A stretch of DNA of 64,000 nt from Camelus dromedarius (Eukaryota). A model generated the notes under the pieces. That model was given only the letters and a program-made list of their open reading frames with translations. It did no database searches and was not told the DNA's origin. This document shows, one piece after another, positions 39,285 through 53,800 of the stretch (position 1 is the first letter of the stretch; every line of letters starts with the position of its first letter). A program made the translations under genes and the position numbers. The stretch covers positions 82,710,001-82,774,000 of the forward strand of contig NC_087437.1 of NCBI RefSeq assembly GCF_036321535.1, written 5' to 3'.

Positions 39285-41060
39285 ATCAAATAAATAAATA
39301 TATTGAAACTCTATGGGAACAATGGGGGTCAGCATTCTCACTATCATGGAAAGGACAAGCTAGGATGGATCTTATGGTGTTGGATTGAACTTGGAGGTGT
39401 TGGTATAAACACATAGTTTCCAATAGATACATACATACATACATTTGTTGTGGTTGCCAGCCTCTAACCTCCAATTTTCTTGAATCCAGGTATTCATACC
39501 TTTATGAAGTCCCTTTCTATACTGATGATCGTTGACCAGTGTAAACAATAGAATGTTCTAGAAATGAAAGAGTGAGACTTTTGAGGCTAGATCATGAAAG
39601 CTATTCTGGCTTTCTCACTCTGGGGGAAGCCAGCCACCACGTTGTGATGGCCTCAGGCAGCCCTGTGGAAAAATCAGCAACATAAGGAAATGAGACTTCT
39701 TGCCAGCAACTAGTCCCTCTTGCCAGACATGTGAGTAAGCCACCTTGAAGGTGTAGTCTCCAGCCCCTGTCAGGCCTTAAGAAGACTGCAGTCTTGACTG
39801 CAACATCCTGAGGGGCTCTGAGCCAAAGTCACCCAGCTAAACCAGCTCTGAATTCGGGACTAAACTGAGAAGTAATAAGCGTCTGCTGTTTTAGGAAACT
39901 AAGTTTGTTATGTTGCAGTAGCTAACAGGTACCCTTGTGATATATGTATAGAGAGCTCATGTTTACGTGGACAAGGTCTGGGTTCAGTGACTCTCGAAAC
40001 CAGTGAGCATACCAAATGCCCAGATCTCAATTTTTAAATACAGTTCTCCACTATAAGAAACCAGGGCTCCACGGAGAAATGGCTGACTTCAGGGCTAAAG
40101 CAAGGAAAAATTAAAGATGACTTTGGATATATTATTAGTAAGGAAATGGTCAAATAATTATAGAAGCCATCTTGGAAGGGCTCCAACTAGTGTCTCTAAG
40201 GAATTCATAAGTTCATGCTGATAAAAGTAAATAAGTAAAAAGTTACAAGGATAAATTCTTTACAGTTGAGTGCCAGCCACTAAATGCAGGAGAAATGGTC
40301 TAAATAGAAGATAACCATTTGGCAACCATCATAGTAATAATTAATTCATCCAAAAAATACTGATAGATGCTAAAATTAGTGAGTGTAGGTTTGATGACAA
40401 ATGAAATGTTTCCATAGTTTCAGCTATCCACAAAATGCTTATTAATTGCAGTGAAGAAAAGAATGACTCTTAAGCAGAGAAATTTGGCAGACACAACCCA
40501 AATAAATTATTAAAATTAACATCACCAGTAAGAGGATAAATTGAAAACATGTAGCATATAGTTGGATGCAATAAAAAGAACACAAAATCTTTACTGTGGA
40601 TTCCAGCCCTAGAAGAAGCACAACTTGAATCTAATCCTAAGGAAACATTAGATAAACTTAAACTTACAAATATTTTATAAGTTAACTTGAAAAATTGTCA
40701 AAGTCATGAAAGTGAATTTTAAAAAAAAAGACTGAGAAACTGTTCCCTGTCAAAAGGGGACTACAGAGATAAAATAGCTAAGTACAACATGAGTCTGGAT
40801 TAAATTCTTTACATTTTGGGGGCAAGTAGCAAAACTTCAATGATACCTGTGATTTAGGTGGTAGCAACGTATCAGTGTTAATTTCCTGACTCTGATGGCG
40901 CTACTGTAGTTATGCAGAAGATTGTGCTTATTTGTAGAAAATACACACTGAAGTATTTGGAGACTATAAGGCATCTTATCAACCAGTTTGTCAAATGCTT
41001 CAGAATGAAAAAGCTCTTCAAACTATTCCTGCTACTTTAGGGTAGGTTTTTAATTGTTTC
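39285..41060 (+). mobile_element. L1MC4-like 3'UTR, interrupted by an MLT1F LTR
   Basis: ggattgaacttggaggt...; cccagatctcaatttttaaatac...ccagggctcc...; tatcagtgttaatttcctgac. Confidence 0.75.
39446..39927 (+). mobile_element. MaLR LTR (MLT1F-like)
   Basis: tgtggttgccagcctc...ggtattcatacc...ctctgggggaagccagcc...cacccagctaa. Confidence 0.8.
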
Positions 41061-41085
41061 AAAAGAAAAGAAAAGAAAAGAAAAG
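41061..41085. repeat. (AAAAG)5
   Basis: Directly visible at the L1 tail. Confidence 0.9.
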
Positions 41086-41289
41086 AAAAATATACAAGAG
41101 CTCTGAAAACTACAGCCCTCATTTGGCAGAGAATATAAAGACAGTTCAGAGACGCACAGTACTAACAGAAATACACAGAAAGGTCACACACAGCAGACAT
41201 CAGACACAGGTAAAGTGCCAACACCACCAACATAAAAAGAGAAAGCAGGAATATAGGGAGTCGATTCAAATAGAGACACCCACTGAATT

Positions 41290-41735
41290 ACTTGGTGTCC
41301 CAAGAGGAAACAGATGGTATGTCAAAATAGGTAACTTAATGAAGGTTTATTTACAAAGAGACGTTTGCAATGATATGGATTAGGGTAACCATACATCCAA
41401 GACATAGTATTAGCCTAATACCTAAGCTATTGAGAGGGGAGGGAGTAGTACAGGAACCCAGAGGAAGAGTCTGCCTGCTGCCTTGAGGGAATCAGTGACT
41501 GCTGGAGAGACGCAGCTTCCTGGAGGAGACCTTGCAGAGATGATGCCAGAGCCTCACCTCCCTGTGTCTCCCTCCAGTCTACAGCCAGGGCTTTCCATTG
41601 GCAAAACTCAACCAGAAATCAGCAAGCATGGGAACCCACTGATGTGGTCCATATGAGTCGCCCTGCCTGGGCAGAAAACAAGGTACGGGAAGTTTAGGGT
41701 CTGTCTGATGGGGGTCAATGGAAGAGATCTGTCCT
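41290..41735 (-). mobile_element. ERVL LTR33-like
   Basis: gtcccaagaggaaacagatgg...tatttacaaag; cccactgatgtggtccatat. Confidence 0.65.
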
Positions 41736-42559
41736 GCCTACGTTAAATATAGGAAATTAAGACCAGCAATATTTAGCTCTGTAGAAATAACTATCAATAA
41801 AAACTCTGTTTAAAATCTTTAATAAAAATTTCAAAAAGAGAGACTGAAAATTCTTTGAAATTGCAAGTAGAACAACTATTCCAGTATAGTTAGGTGGGAC
41901 ACCAACAGCAAGGGACACAAAAATCATTAGATGACTCAACACTACAAAGAACAGCTGAAAGAGGAGAGAATCTAGAAAGCAACAGAAAGAAACTATTAGC
42001 CACGTTTCCTTTAAACACAACTGCCTGCAAATTTTACCAGTTCCCTAGTGAGAAGAATTGTAAGTAACTATCCAAATTGTTTGGAGACACAATTTTGCTT
42101 CAGTTACCTGTTTGGTAAACTGCCTTGAGTTCTCATAACTGTGTAGATTCAATTATTTCCATCTAATTTCCATTTTTTTATTGCTATATAAATTTCGAAA
42201 GCCAAAACCTCTCCAGGTATAACAATCTGAATTAAGTAAATCCTATATTTAAATTGCAACCAATAGTTTTTTTTAAACTAAATTGGCAGATAAAGGGCTG
42301 TTCTCAGACATGAAGCCTTACCAGGGTCTCCTGGCTGATTGTGCCAAACATTCTTTGTAGCACAGACAGGTGTAGAGAACCAGAACAGTTTGCAATCAAG
42401 TAAGTCTCTCTCTCAGGTTTCCTCAAATTTAAAAGCATTTAATGCAAATAAGTAAAAGAGGGGAAAAAGTGTTTATGATAATAGTACCTTTGGCCTTTAT
42501 TGTGATCATAAAAGAGCCTTGACCACCATTATATATCTTTATTATAATATTTTTATTTT

Positions 42560-42700
42560 CATGTCAACCCTGTGAAACACCCAGCACACATTTGCCCCAT
42601 TTAACAGGTGAAGAAACTAAAATCTCCACAGCTAGTAAGTAGCAGAGACAGGATTCAAATCCAAATTTTCTGAATCCAATTCTAGTAACTTTTCCATTAT
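42560..42700 (-). mobile_element. MIR SINE
   Basis: ccccatttaacaggtgaagaaact...cagctagtaagtagcagagacaggattcaaatcc. Confidence 0.75.
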
Positions 42701-43187
42701 CTAAGTCTACTTATAATTAAACCCAGAAGTACAATCAAGCCATTTCACTTATTTTCTAAGATTACTTTAAGAATCATTTTACTGTTATCATAACAAGGAA
42801 AGAGTCTTCTTCCAACAAAATTGAGGCAAGGAGGGAGGGAGAGAGAATGAGAAAGAAAGGGAAGGAGTGTATAAGTTTGTATTTGAAGGACATTCTACTA
42901 AAATTTACCTACAAAAAAGTTTTGCTTTGAAAGCAAGGCTAGGAGCCACTAGTGATCTCTCTTCATATTCTTTTCCATAGCTCCAGCCCATTAATGGCTG
43001 CTGGCTTGAATACTATTCAGGTAACTATTAGAGAAGTTAGTTCTACTGCTTGGGGATGTCATTGCAAATAAGAGATAAAGAAGTACCAGGAGGAACAGCA
43101 GTAACACAAGCGGAAGTCACTTAAAAATTACTTCAACAGGCATTTGTTGAATCCCTAGCATTAAAGAAATGAAGATGAGACAGCATG

Positions 43188-43590
43188 ATATCAGTCAAAA
43201 TGGAATGAAATGTATTTCAGCGGTAAACAACCACCCACTTCCCACTCAAAACTTGGATTTATTCTGCGCTCTCACTCCATGTCTGTTGTGCTTTGGCTGG
43301 GTCTCTCTTCCAGTCATCCTCACTCTGGGACCCAGGCTGGTGAAGCAGCCTCTGTCTGGAACACTGCTGGTCATCCCGGCAGATGAGAAGAAAGGACACA
43401 ACATATCACACAGTACTCTTAAAAAGTCCACCTGGAAGAAACACAGATCCTTCTCTTCACATTTCATTGCCCAGAGCAACAAATGACCAAAGCATATGAC
43501 TACTCTAACTCCAGGGAAATAGGGAAGTACTAATGTGCTGGGAAGAGGAACTGGAGATATTTGTTGAACAGAATTAGTGATTACCAGATA
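43188..43590 (-). mobile_element. MaLR LTR (MLT1J-like)
   Basis: ctctgggacccaggctggtgaagcagcc...cacatttcattgcccagagcaa. Confidence 0.7.
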
Positions 43591-43599
43591 CCTTCCTGC

Positions 43600-45170
43600 C
43601 AGGACCTTATTGTCCAATGCCTCGTAGTCTTCTCACATGTGCAGACTCCTACAGTAGCTTCTGGGGAAAGAGGCAGTTAGGGCTTGCCATCTATGCACAC
43701 GCATCCTTCCATTTCTCAGTCTCTCTTCAGTTAGTCTGGAGTTCAGTGATGAGTCGAGGCAATGGGCCACTGAGTAGAAGTGATATTTATAACTTCTGGG
43801 CCTGAGGAGTTAAGAAGTGGTGTGCCACTCCGTCTTTCTTTTCCTGTGCCAGCGAAACCTTGAAAGCCAAGTGTTCCTGGTGGTGTAGCTACAAGACAAT
43901 GGAGCCTCCATTAGCCTAGTTTCCCAAGTGACTGTGTAGAGGAAAACTCCCTCCTCCCCATCTACCAGCTCTTTCTGGACGTGTAATGCAAGTACGATGA
44001 ACCCTTGGTTGTAAGCACTGAGATTTCAGCGTATTTATTGTGGCAGCTAGCATTATTTATCCCCGTAAGGAAACTAATCCCTGAATGTGGGGTGTTGGGA
44101 TAACAAAACCTAAAATATGTGAATTTCCTTAGTGGGTAATGAGCAGCAAGGAAACTAATATCAGAGGCTGAAAGATAATGATATGGGTTTTGCAGTGATA
44201 AAGTATTTGGTGTAACTATCGCATGTAGTGACTTGAAAGTTGGCTCACATGGTATTCAGTAGATTAAAATGATGGAAAAATAGAGCTTTAGTACTATGTA
44301 TTGGTGGCTTTTTGCTACATTTAGCAAGACATCACCAAAAAGAAATGAACTCAGGAAGAACTGGCTATTTGAAAGTAGGCTGCAATGGAATTGTAGGGAA
44401 AGACCAGAAATTCAGGTCATTCCAGATTGGAAAGTCAACTGCTTCTGCACCTCAAAAATAGGACTAAAAAAACAGTGAGTGAAAATGCCCAATAAAAACT
44501 CCTCGTTGATCAAAGTGCTTCTAGGTTAAAAAGTACTTCTAAATTAAAGGGGCAACCTTCCCATTTAAACTCAATAGCCCTCAGTTAGTCTAGATAAAGT
44601 AAGGCTTGGGGGAATGAGGAAGCACAGAAAGAAACCAGACTGAGAACTAGGTTCTCAGTGAGGTTACTGGTACATGAACTAGATCAGAAGCCTACTCTTA
44701 ACGGAATAAATTGCCAAAGAATCAGGAACTCTGACCAAAAGAGTATTTGACTGAAAACCTCCAAGCTTCCTTGATGAGAATATACTGAGAGAGCTATTCA
44801 GCCTCCAAGGAGGGAATATGTTCCCAGTGCCCATTTCAGATCCACCTAAGAATAAAGAGGAAAGGACACATCCTGCAACGACCTCTAGAAAAAGAGATTC
44901 CTCTGGAGAACAGGACCACAGCCCAGTGAATTCAGGATGCTGTTTCACCCCAGGTACTCACAGTGTCCACTCAGTGGGATTTCAGAACTTGCACTGCCCA
45001 GTGACTGCTGGCTGTCTCCATTCTTCCCTCCCCAAATCAGTGTGTCCTTCTTTTCCATTGTTATCTATTAGAGAGTAGGGAGAGAGGGCGAAAACCTGTC
45101 TTGATGGTTCTTAAGTGCCCAAACAAGAGGAGCCACACCTGGACTTGATGGTCAGACTTCTCTATGATGT
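43600..45170 (+). mobile_element. MaLR LTR (MLT1I/J-like) followed by MLT-int internal sequence
   Basis: LTR ends ~44065 (aagcactgagatttc...gcagctagc), then gtggggtgttgggataacaaaacctaaaatatgtg typical of the MLT-int start. Confidence 0.65.
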
Positions 45171-45276
45171 CATTCACTCATCACTGCTTCAGTGATGCAG
45201 AGAAAGAGCTAAGTTCTTCATATTTTAAATGGTTTGAGCTTTTTCACTACACAACTGAATTGCATTTTGTAAACTC

Positions 45277-45460
45277 GGGGTTTTCAAGCTCGCACTATTG
45301 ACATTTTGGGCCAGATAATTCTCTGTTGTGGGAGACTGTCCTGTGCTTTGTAGGATGTTTAGCGTTATCCCTGCCCTCTCCCAGCAGATGCTAGAAGCAC
45401 CCTCCCTTGAATTGCAATAACCAGAAATGTCTTCATACATTGTTAAATGTTCCGTGGAGG
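45277..45460 (-). mobile_element. MER20
   Basis: cactattgacattttgggccagataattctctgttgtggg...gtaggatgtttagc. Confidence 0.85.
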
Positions 45461-45469
45461 ACATGAGTG

Positions 45470-46090
45470 ATAGAATTGGGCCAGATTATAAAGGGCCTTG
45501 TATATGGACTTTATTTTTTAAGTATGTAATGAGAAACACAATGTTTTTTAGTAGTCAAGTAACATATGACACAATGAATTTTGGAGGATAAATTAGAAGG
45601 GGCACGACTGGAGACAGGAAGACCTATCAAGGTCTTTTGCCATAGAGCAAGCCAGACATAACAAGAGTACTGATGAATTCAATTGCAGTGATGTTTAGAA
45701 ACAAACTGAAGAGAGAATTTTGGAGGTAAGCAGATGTCATTCACTCCACCTGGGATCCCCCTCCACTTTCTCTTCCTCGCTGTGCCCACCTGTTAAATCC
45801 AACCCAACTTCAAGGTTCAGCTCAAAATTCATGTCCCCAAATCAAACCAAAAAAAAAAAAAAAAAAAAATGACATGTGCTCCTTTGAACCCTGTTAACTC
45901 ATTATTTCACCTTCTCTTAGGGCTCTTTGTGATAATGTTAATTCAACGCCTAGATTATAAATGAGATTTTAATTTTAGATTATAAAACCCTTAAATATAG
46001 GATTATATTTTCTTCATATGTGCTTTCTACTCAGTGCCCAGTACCAGGCTTCCCATGTAGCAGATGATGAATATTATTTATTGAATGAAT
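45470..46090. mobile_element. Two L2 fragments (minus, then plus) with an internal A-run
   Basis: ggccagattataaagggccttg (minus); ttcaaggttcagctcaaa...atttattgaatgaat (plus). Confidence 0.6.
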
Positions 46091-47904
46091 TATAGAGCTC
46101 TAGCCTAAATTGCTCCAATAGATTTATGTGTCCCTTGAATTCTCGCTGTAAGCACTGGGAGAGTCTGGGCTTAAATGAACCAGTACTGCATTCTTTATAG
46201 GTCTGTTCACATAGTTCCTATCTATTCACATCACTGGAAGAAGTTCATATTCATTAGTCTTACAGCTTTTCTTATAAACTGCTCCTTGGAGACACTCAGC
46301 AAAACAACTCCCACATGATCCCTTCAAAAAAAAGTAACTACAGGCTAGATGGTATCAAACTAGTGAAAAATGATACTGAACTATGTTGAACAAGACATGA
46401 ATGAGTGTTAAGTAAAATCACCCATCTGGGTTTTTCTCAACGTAAATGTTTTTTCCTGCCCATGTAAGTCACCAAGATCATTACTTACTCTATTCTCTCA
46501 ACTATATTCTTTTTCAATTACTTATAGCTATCCTATTAGTTTCCATGAAGTGACAGGAAATAATCATCCTGAACAAAGATTTAAATACATATTGGAAAAT
46601 CAGGTACCTGAGAGATGTCTCTAGTGATAGAGTTCAGGACAGATACGTAAACTCACACTGAACCTTCAGATGCTCTGTGTATTGGAATTGTCTTTCTGCA
46701 TCAATGAAAATGGTCAAATTGTCCAAATCAATGGTTTTTTTTTTTTTAATATATATTATGAGTTTCATACTGTATTGGCAAAACAGGAGGTACAAAATGA
46801 AGAAAGTCAAGGTGTCTGCTAATAAGGATCTTACAGGAGCAGAAAGGAGACAGATGTAACTCATCTCCATGGCAGCATGGTGAGTGCAGGCGGAATGGCT
46901 TTCCTGCTTACATTTGCTTCAGGCTCCTTTTCCTACTATTTCAATTTATGGACCCTCTTGCGGGTTTACATATGTTGTCTCTATTCCACCCAGATAACCC
47001 AGACATTGCGTCTATGTGATTTTTGCAAAATTAACTCCCCCACACACAATGTCTTTGTGCATGTTGCAGAATATACTAATGGGTTAAGGTGACAGCAATG
47101 CTAAAAGAAAATAACAGAATATTATATATATTTACTAATATTTTCAAAGTCCCTTGGCTGTTTCCATCAACTTTGCTTCAATCTACAATCTCTTGCCTTC
47201 CCTTCAGCTTCTTGCTTACTTGCCCTACCTTTCTCTACTTTTACTCCTTCTTTCCCAAAGCCAACAAAAAAAAGTTAAGTTCATACTGTTCCTGTTTTCT
47301 TATGCAGGGCATTTCCGTCTTCTTTTTATTTTGCCTTTTCTTCTAAACTCTTCTCAGGAGCCCCTCTTTTCACATTCATGAGGACATTTTCTTGAACACA
47401 TACAGTTCCCTACCTTCAGTAAGTGAAGTTGTGGCGCCAGCCGTTAGGATAATTGTTTTTTTATCTGTTTTAAAAGTTAAATTTTATCTGTTTAATAACT
47501 GTACCAAATGCCAAACTACTGATAATCAAATGTAAGATTTCAGAACTGAGAGGACAGAAAGATAGGTGTGACATTACTCCAGTTTGGAAAGCAGAGATCA
47601 CCTAAAAGAAGAAGGGAAAAAAAAAAAAAAAAAAAAGGTTTGGAGGAAGGAATTTGCATGATCAGGAAAGTAAAGAAACTAGAGACACTGAAGAGCAAAT
47701 AGGTTTAAAGATGGGGCAGAATAAAGCTGAGAACCAAAGACTTCCCATATCAATTTGAAATGATAATGTTTTATTTTTCATCAATTAATGTTTACTTAGT
47801 AGTATTAATAGTAGTAACAATCAAAAAGAAATAATCAAACAAATAGTAATACTTACTATATAATAGGTACTGGGCTAGTTTCTAGAGTTACAGAGGTGAA
47901 GGGA

Positions 47905-48052
47905 GTGCCATATGTCCTTGGCTCTTAGATGCATGTTTTCTCCCAATTTTTAATATTTCTGAAATTAGAATTTATCTTAACTTTTCAGCTGTGTGTTTTT
48001 TTCCTGAAGAAATGTTACTAAATAATGAGCCCTTAGACTCATGGAAATACAA
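47905..48052. mobile_element. MER104/Kanga-like Tc2 MITE
   Basis: tcttagatgcatgtttt...ctgaaattag...cttagactcatggaaatac. Confidence 0.45.
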
Positions 48053-50029
48053 TAATTCCTCGGTTTAAGAGGCTTGCTTGCAGTCTAAAGAATGCATCAC
48101 TGAAGACAATTGAGGAAAAAAATTATATAATAGTGAGTTAAGGGAAATGCATCTGAAAATGCATCTGAAAATATTCAGGGTTGTGATAAAGCAAAGGAAA
48201 GGAAGGAATGAGCATAATGAATAGATATGTTATTTCAAAGAATGAATAAGTCAATATCACTGATTTTTTTGGATGATTTGAACAAAAATTGGGAAGTTGG
48301 TCAAAGATATTGCTAAGTCCTCAAATGTGGCTGCCCAGGAGGATGACAGTTCATTGAAAACTGCAGAGAATTCAAATTCAGCATGTGGGCCATTGAGTTT
48401 TGCTCAGACATATTGAATAACCAAACAGAACAGCACAGTAAATGGTTGAAAATATATTAGGGAGCAAAGACTAAGAAATAAAAAATGTAAAGGTTATGGC
48501 TATTTGTCAAAGTTCCTTTTCACTTTACATTATTCTAGTATGTAAATGAATCTCTGGAAAATCGTTCACTTTATTTCCTAATATTCAAAATGATAGTGTT
48601 TCTGATATACTGCCCAACTGGAGAAAATGTCTTTTCCCCAAGTAAAGAAAAAAAAATAACATTTTCCCACAGGAAGACTGCATTATAAATGACCTTTAAA
48701 TTATTTAAAGTAAAACTATTATTTATTTTATTAGTAGTATTTTATATATAAATAAAAACTTATTTAAATGTTATTTATTTGTTTAAATAATTACTTAAAA
48801 TAAAATTCTTCTCCTTCTTGTTCTTCTCCTTCTCCTCCTCCTCCTTCACTGGATACATCTAAATGCCAGGCACAAGATAGATGTTTTAGGATAGAATCAT
48901 GAACCAGGTCTTTGCCAAACCCGGTAATTGAGACTTAGAAAAAGTAGGAGGGTTTTTTATGCCAAAACCAACCAAGTTAATCCTGGGTCATTTTTAACCA
49001 TAAACTCAGGCAGTTTCACTAGCCTGGCAACGGGAAGCTGTCAGAGAGGGGTTTCTTTATAAGATTGTTAGGATGGGATAAAAGCCGTCTTCATTCTATA
49101 ATGATCAACATGAACTATTTCACTAGGAAATTCATCTCGAAGGAGAATACAGTTTAGCTGATGAGACCAAACTAACCAAGCTTAATGACTCTAGTGCTAA
49201 CATGACAAGTTTTCTGAATAAGAAGCAAAACTTTCTCCATCATTTGGTCCTGCTTTCTAATCTTACTATAATACTTGGGCTTTGAATTTTTCTGGAAGCC
49301 TACACTGTACATATTGGTGTACAAATTCCACTACTGCCCAGTACATACACTCATTAGATTAATCTTTTCAGGAATTATGGCACCAAGGATTCTCGTGAGA
49401 CTGAGTTGAATGAGTCCCAAAGGAAAGGTATGAATCACCCCTTTGCTACAGGATTCATGTCTCCTGTAAGTCCACCCCAGTTTTGGGATGTCAGAGAATG
49501 TCCTTTTCCCTGCTACTGATTTACCCGAATCACTCTTTGGCTAGGCCACAAGGTTTTATGACACTGAGACAAAAAGAATTGTAAAATCAGAGATAGGACA
49601 CAGGTTTTATGTCACTAAGAAGACATAAGGAATTGCAATATTGGGAATAAGGCATCCCCTAGAAGGTAAATAATAAGACTTGATGTTAATTTACAAGGAA
49701 TGTAAAAACCATTACACCCCTCTTCGCTGGAGTTCTTTTGCTGGCTGTTTAGGGAGCAAATCTGCTGATTCATATCCTTATGTAAAGGACAGTGGGTTTA
49801 TATATCTTTTAATTGTTTTAATTTGAACACAAAAGTGAAAAGTGTCTTTATGGTATATAAAAACCTAGTTGTAGGATTTCCAGTTTATTACATGAAAGTG
49901 AGAATTATGTGATTGAGGGGCTAAGTGCCTTCTAGGGTAGTTAGTAGTTACGACTCTAATGGTCAGTCTCTGAGAGAGGAGAGAAGAATACTTTGCTCTG
50001 AAAAGTGCATCCATTATAATATTTTTATT

Positions 50030-50245
50030 CTTATTAATAACAATGCTGATAATACTCAGGCATTAATGTAATCACTTTACATGTGGTCAAACAGTTGATC
50101 CTTGCAATAAACCTTCATAGTAGGTATATTATAATTATCCCATCTTATAGATGAAGAAAAAAATTCCTTCAAGTAACTTGCGTAAGGTCATACAACTAGC
50201 AAGTGCCAGAGGCAGGCTTTGAGTCCAGACCATCTGGCATCAGCC
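50030..50245 (-). mobile_element. MIR SINE
   Basis: attatcccatcttatagatgaagaaa...aagtaacttgcgtaaggtcatacaactag. Confidence 0.8.
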
Positions 50246-50467
50246 ACCACACACCCGCACTGTTGGGCAGCCTCTCTACTCTAGTGATAATTTTGCTGCT
50301 GCTGTTACTGCCTCCATAATTCACTGTATCCATGAATTACAGCGCTCTGCTTCTTCCAGTCAATCCATCACTCTGGTGATACTTCATCAAGGACTGTCAG
50401 GTGTGCTACTTTTCCTTTGGCCGTGATTATCATCAATTGGTCTTGGTGCCATCCAAAGGAAGGTCTC

Positions 50468-50847
50468 TGTTTTGGTCTGTTTGGGCTGCCATCACAAAAT
50501 ACCACAGACTGAGTGGCTTAAAGAACAGAAATTTGTTTTCTCACAGTTTTGAAAGCTGGAAGTCTAAGATCAAGGTACCATTAGGGTTGGTTTCTGGTGA
50601 GGGCTCTCTTCCTGGCTTGTAGATGGCTGCCTTCTTGCTGTGTCTTCACATGGCCTTTCTTTTGTGATGGCACAGAGAGAAAGACAGCTCTGTTGTCTCT
50701 TCCTTTTATAGGATTGGGGCCCACTCATGATCTCATTTGTCATTAATTCCCTTCTTAAAGTCCTTACTTCCAAATATGGTCACATCAGGTGTTAAGGCTT
50801 CAACATATGAATTTGGAGAGGGGAAGAACACAATTCAGTTCATAATA
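50468..50847 (-). mobile_element. MaLR solo LTR (MLT1A-like)
   Basis: gggctgccatcacaaaataccacagactgagtggctt...tctggtgagggctctcttcctggcttg...caacatatgaatttgg. Confidence 0.85.
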
Positions 50848-53800
50848 GCTTCCTTCTCTCAAATACCCTTTCTTGAAATAAATGAAGTCCCTCTATTTCA
50901 GGGGCTCCTTCTAGTCTGCACTTCACTACTGTTTTCATCATCTGTATCCTCCATATGTTACTCCCAACTTCCAAGTTTTTCACTTCTTGGGATAATATAG
51001 TCAAAAAACTATATAAAGAGTTGTTATATGTTTTAGAGTTTCCAAAGCACAACACATTTGTGCACACACATATATATTTATAACTTCAAAATGGGGGCCA
51101 CTCACTTTAATATTCTAATGAAATGATTGTGAGCCCCCCTCCCACTTCTTGCAAGAATGTCCCTTTTCTCTTCTCAGGGTCTCCCTTCCTGTGATAACTC
51201 CAAGAGATGGATTCTTTTGCAATTTAAGAAGTCAAGCAACTTGGTTACTATCATCTAATGGAGAGAAATCAGGAAATACTATCAGATAACTGAGGAGTTT
51301 CACTGGTTTCTACTCTTGCTGTTGGAACACAGGGGATTTAGAAGTGGATTCTCCAGGCTTGGAGTGAAAAAAGAAGTCTCTCCTGAGTAATATGACCAAG
51401 CTGATGCTACTATAGGTTGGAACTCTCAATGTTTCAACAATTTAGTTCCCAAAGCTCTTTTAACTAACACTCACAGATCTTCCTTACTGCTAATCTCTAG
51501 GGCCAGGGTGTCTAGCTCCAAAGAGGTCTCCACTGCATGGGCCCTCTCTCCCTGTCTGCTCTCTCTCCACCTGCGTTACCTAACTCTGAATGCGGAGAAA
51601 TTTCCCCTTCTGTGTTCCAATTCGTGTCTCAGGATGAGTGGCATTTACATCCTGAGAGAACCCTGTCTTACCAGATTCACTCCTACCATCAGTAGGGGAA
51701 ACAGCTGTTATTATTAATCATATTTAAGAAATAAGAAAACCTGGGACCAATGAAGTTAAATGACTCATCTGACATCACAACTCAAGTAAGGGGCAGCCTA
51801 GCCTCTGTCTCTGGATTCCTGACACCCTACTGCCCTCCAACTTCCTGTTTCTCTCTACTTTCATTGTGGGGTCCTGATGTCAGTTGATCCTTCTGACAAA
51901 TTCTGCATTTTCTCAACAAAATCTCCTTTTTCCCTTGATATTATCTGACCATCTCTAGTAATACCTACTAGTTGATCAAATGCCTCTTTGTTACATCTAT
52001 TGCATTAATAAACCACCCCTCTGCAGGCAGTCATTGTTCATCTTGTTAACATAAATGATCAAATTGGAATTTTCAAATAAAAATAAATTTCTAATAAGGT
52101 AAATTTAACCAGCAAGCTAATATGACTGTTTGTAAAACACCCCACGTTTGATGTCATTGGTATGTGAGGTCCTCTGCTGAAAGAGCCCTCAGGCCAAAGG
52201 TTCCCAGAGTACCAGGTCTGTACAGCACCACACAGTAGCATCTACCCAAGCATCGATCTTTTTACTGGTGGAGGGACGATCCCGCATGCCACCACTTTTA
52301 CCAGGGAAAGAGACTTCCCAGCATTTCCTGAGGGCAGTGTTAAATGCTTCTGCATATTTCTGCATTCTGCTGCCTCTGACTCAAAGTTCTGTTATCAGCC
52401 CTAAGGATACTCTTGACATTCCCTGTAATTGGAAAGACCATCTTTTCCAGAGTCTAACCAAGAGCTTTTATGACTTCTAAACAACTAGATCAAAAAGTTT
52501 CACAAAGTTATAAACACTAGACAGTTTTGACAAAAATCTTAGATAATTTGGCTAGAAATCATTTTTTCCCCCAAACATTTTAAGTACAAGCAAGATGGCC
52601 AACATTATAATTTAATTTTAGTAATGACTTCTAAGAAATAAATGGAGACCTTCAGTGTTTGGCATCCTGTTCATTGTAAATTTTGGTGAATTCGCCTTCC
52701 TTTGCTCCTTTTCGTCTGCTTTTCAGAATCTGGCTGGAGTGGGAACTAGTGAGGTTCACACTTTTTTGTTTTTAATTTCCAGTTGACTTTCAGACAATTA
52801 TTCCTGCTTTAAACTGTTTTTAGTAGTGGAAAGTTGGAACATTAGTATCCAAAAAGCCACATTTTATAAATGCAATAAATATTTGTTTAATGTCATGTTA
52901 ATCTAAGAGGACGCCTGAACAAGGGCATCCACTGTCCCCCTCTCTGGTGTACTCTGGGTCCTTCCAGAACTGTTTCCATGCACTTATTTAATCCCACAAA
53001 ATAAAATGATGGTACACGTACTGCTTAGTAATTTTTCATAATTAATTTAAGGAGCCCACTAGTCACTGGATTAAAATATTTTTGTCATAATTTTATAGAT
53101 TAAAAAAATGGAGGCTCAAAGAAGTTAAGTTACTCACTACCTATTTGACTTTTAGCAGCTTAACTCCTGTCAGGTTTCAAAAGTTAATGCTATTTCCGTA
53201 TCACCTTTTCACATGACTTGTTTCTTGTTGAAGCAGTGGCCTTCACTGAACTGTTCCAATCTTCTGTGTTGCTTTTAGGTCCTTGTGTGATGTCTAGCTA
53301 AAATTAAAACATAATTCAGACTTTGAAACATTTTCCTTCAATCCTATAAGGTCAACTAATCCAGTCAAAAATTGACTGATTACTTGATTTAATTCAAATT
53401 CATTGTGTTCAACAAGTATTAATGAATATTTACTATGCACTTAACTCTGTGTTAGGTACTATTACTACAGTGTGAGCATCATAAGTACCAAGCTTCAAAA
53501 ACTGAGGCAGTATAAGTGAAGCCAGATTGTGTAGACAATTAATATACCCCAGAAAGAATAATAACAGCATGAGAATATTTTCTAACTTTTCGGTGAAATA
53601 TCAGATCCCATTAACTCAGAATTTGGAAGTAATCAGTCCTGAAAGTGACCAATGTTCTATGTGTAGCATCTATGAAAAAAAGTTTGCCAAAAAATTAATG
53701 TTAACAATAATCCAACAAGAAAAGGAGCAGCCTCTTGAGAAAGCTGTCTTTAAGCAAGCACATGGTAGCATCATTTGCAAAAAATTACTAGTTGAAAATT

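Noticed and set aside
48146..48171. 13-bp tandem duplication; similar short repeats at 11458-11505 and an 8-bp inverted repeat near 27051-27073
   Set aside because: Short slippage or chance-level features with no further support
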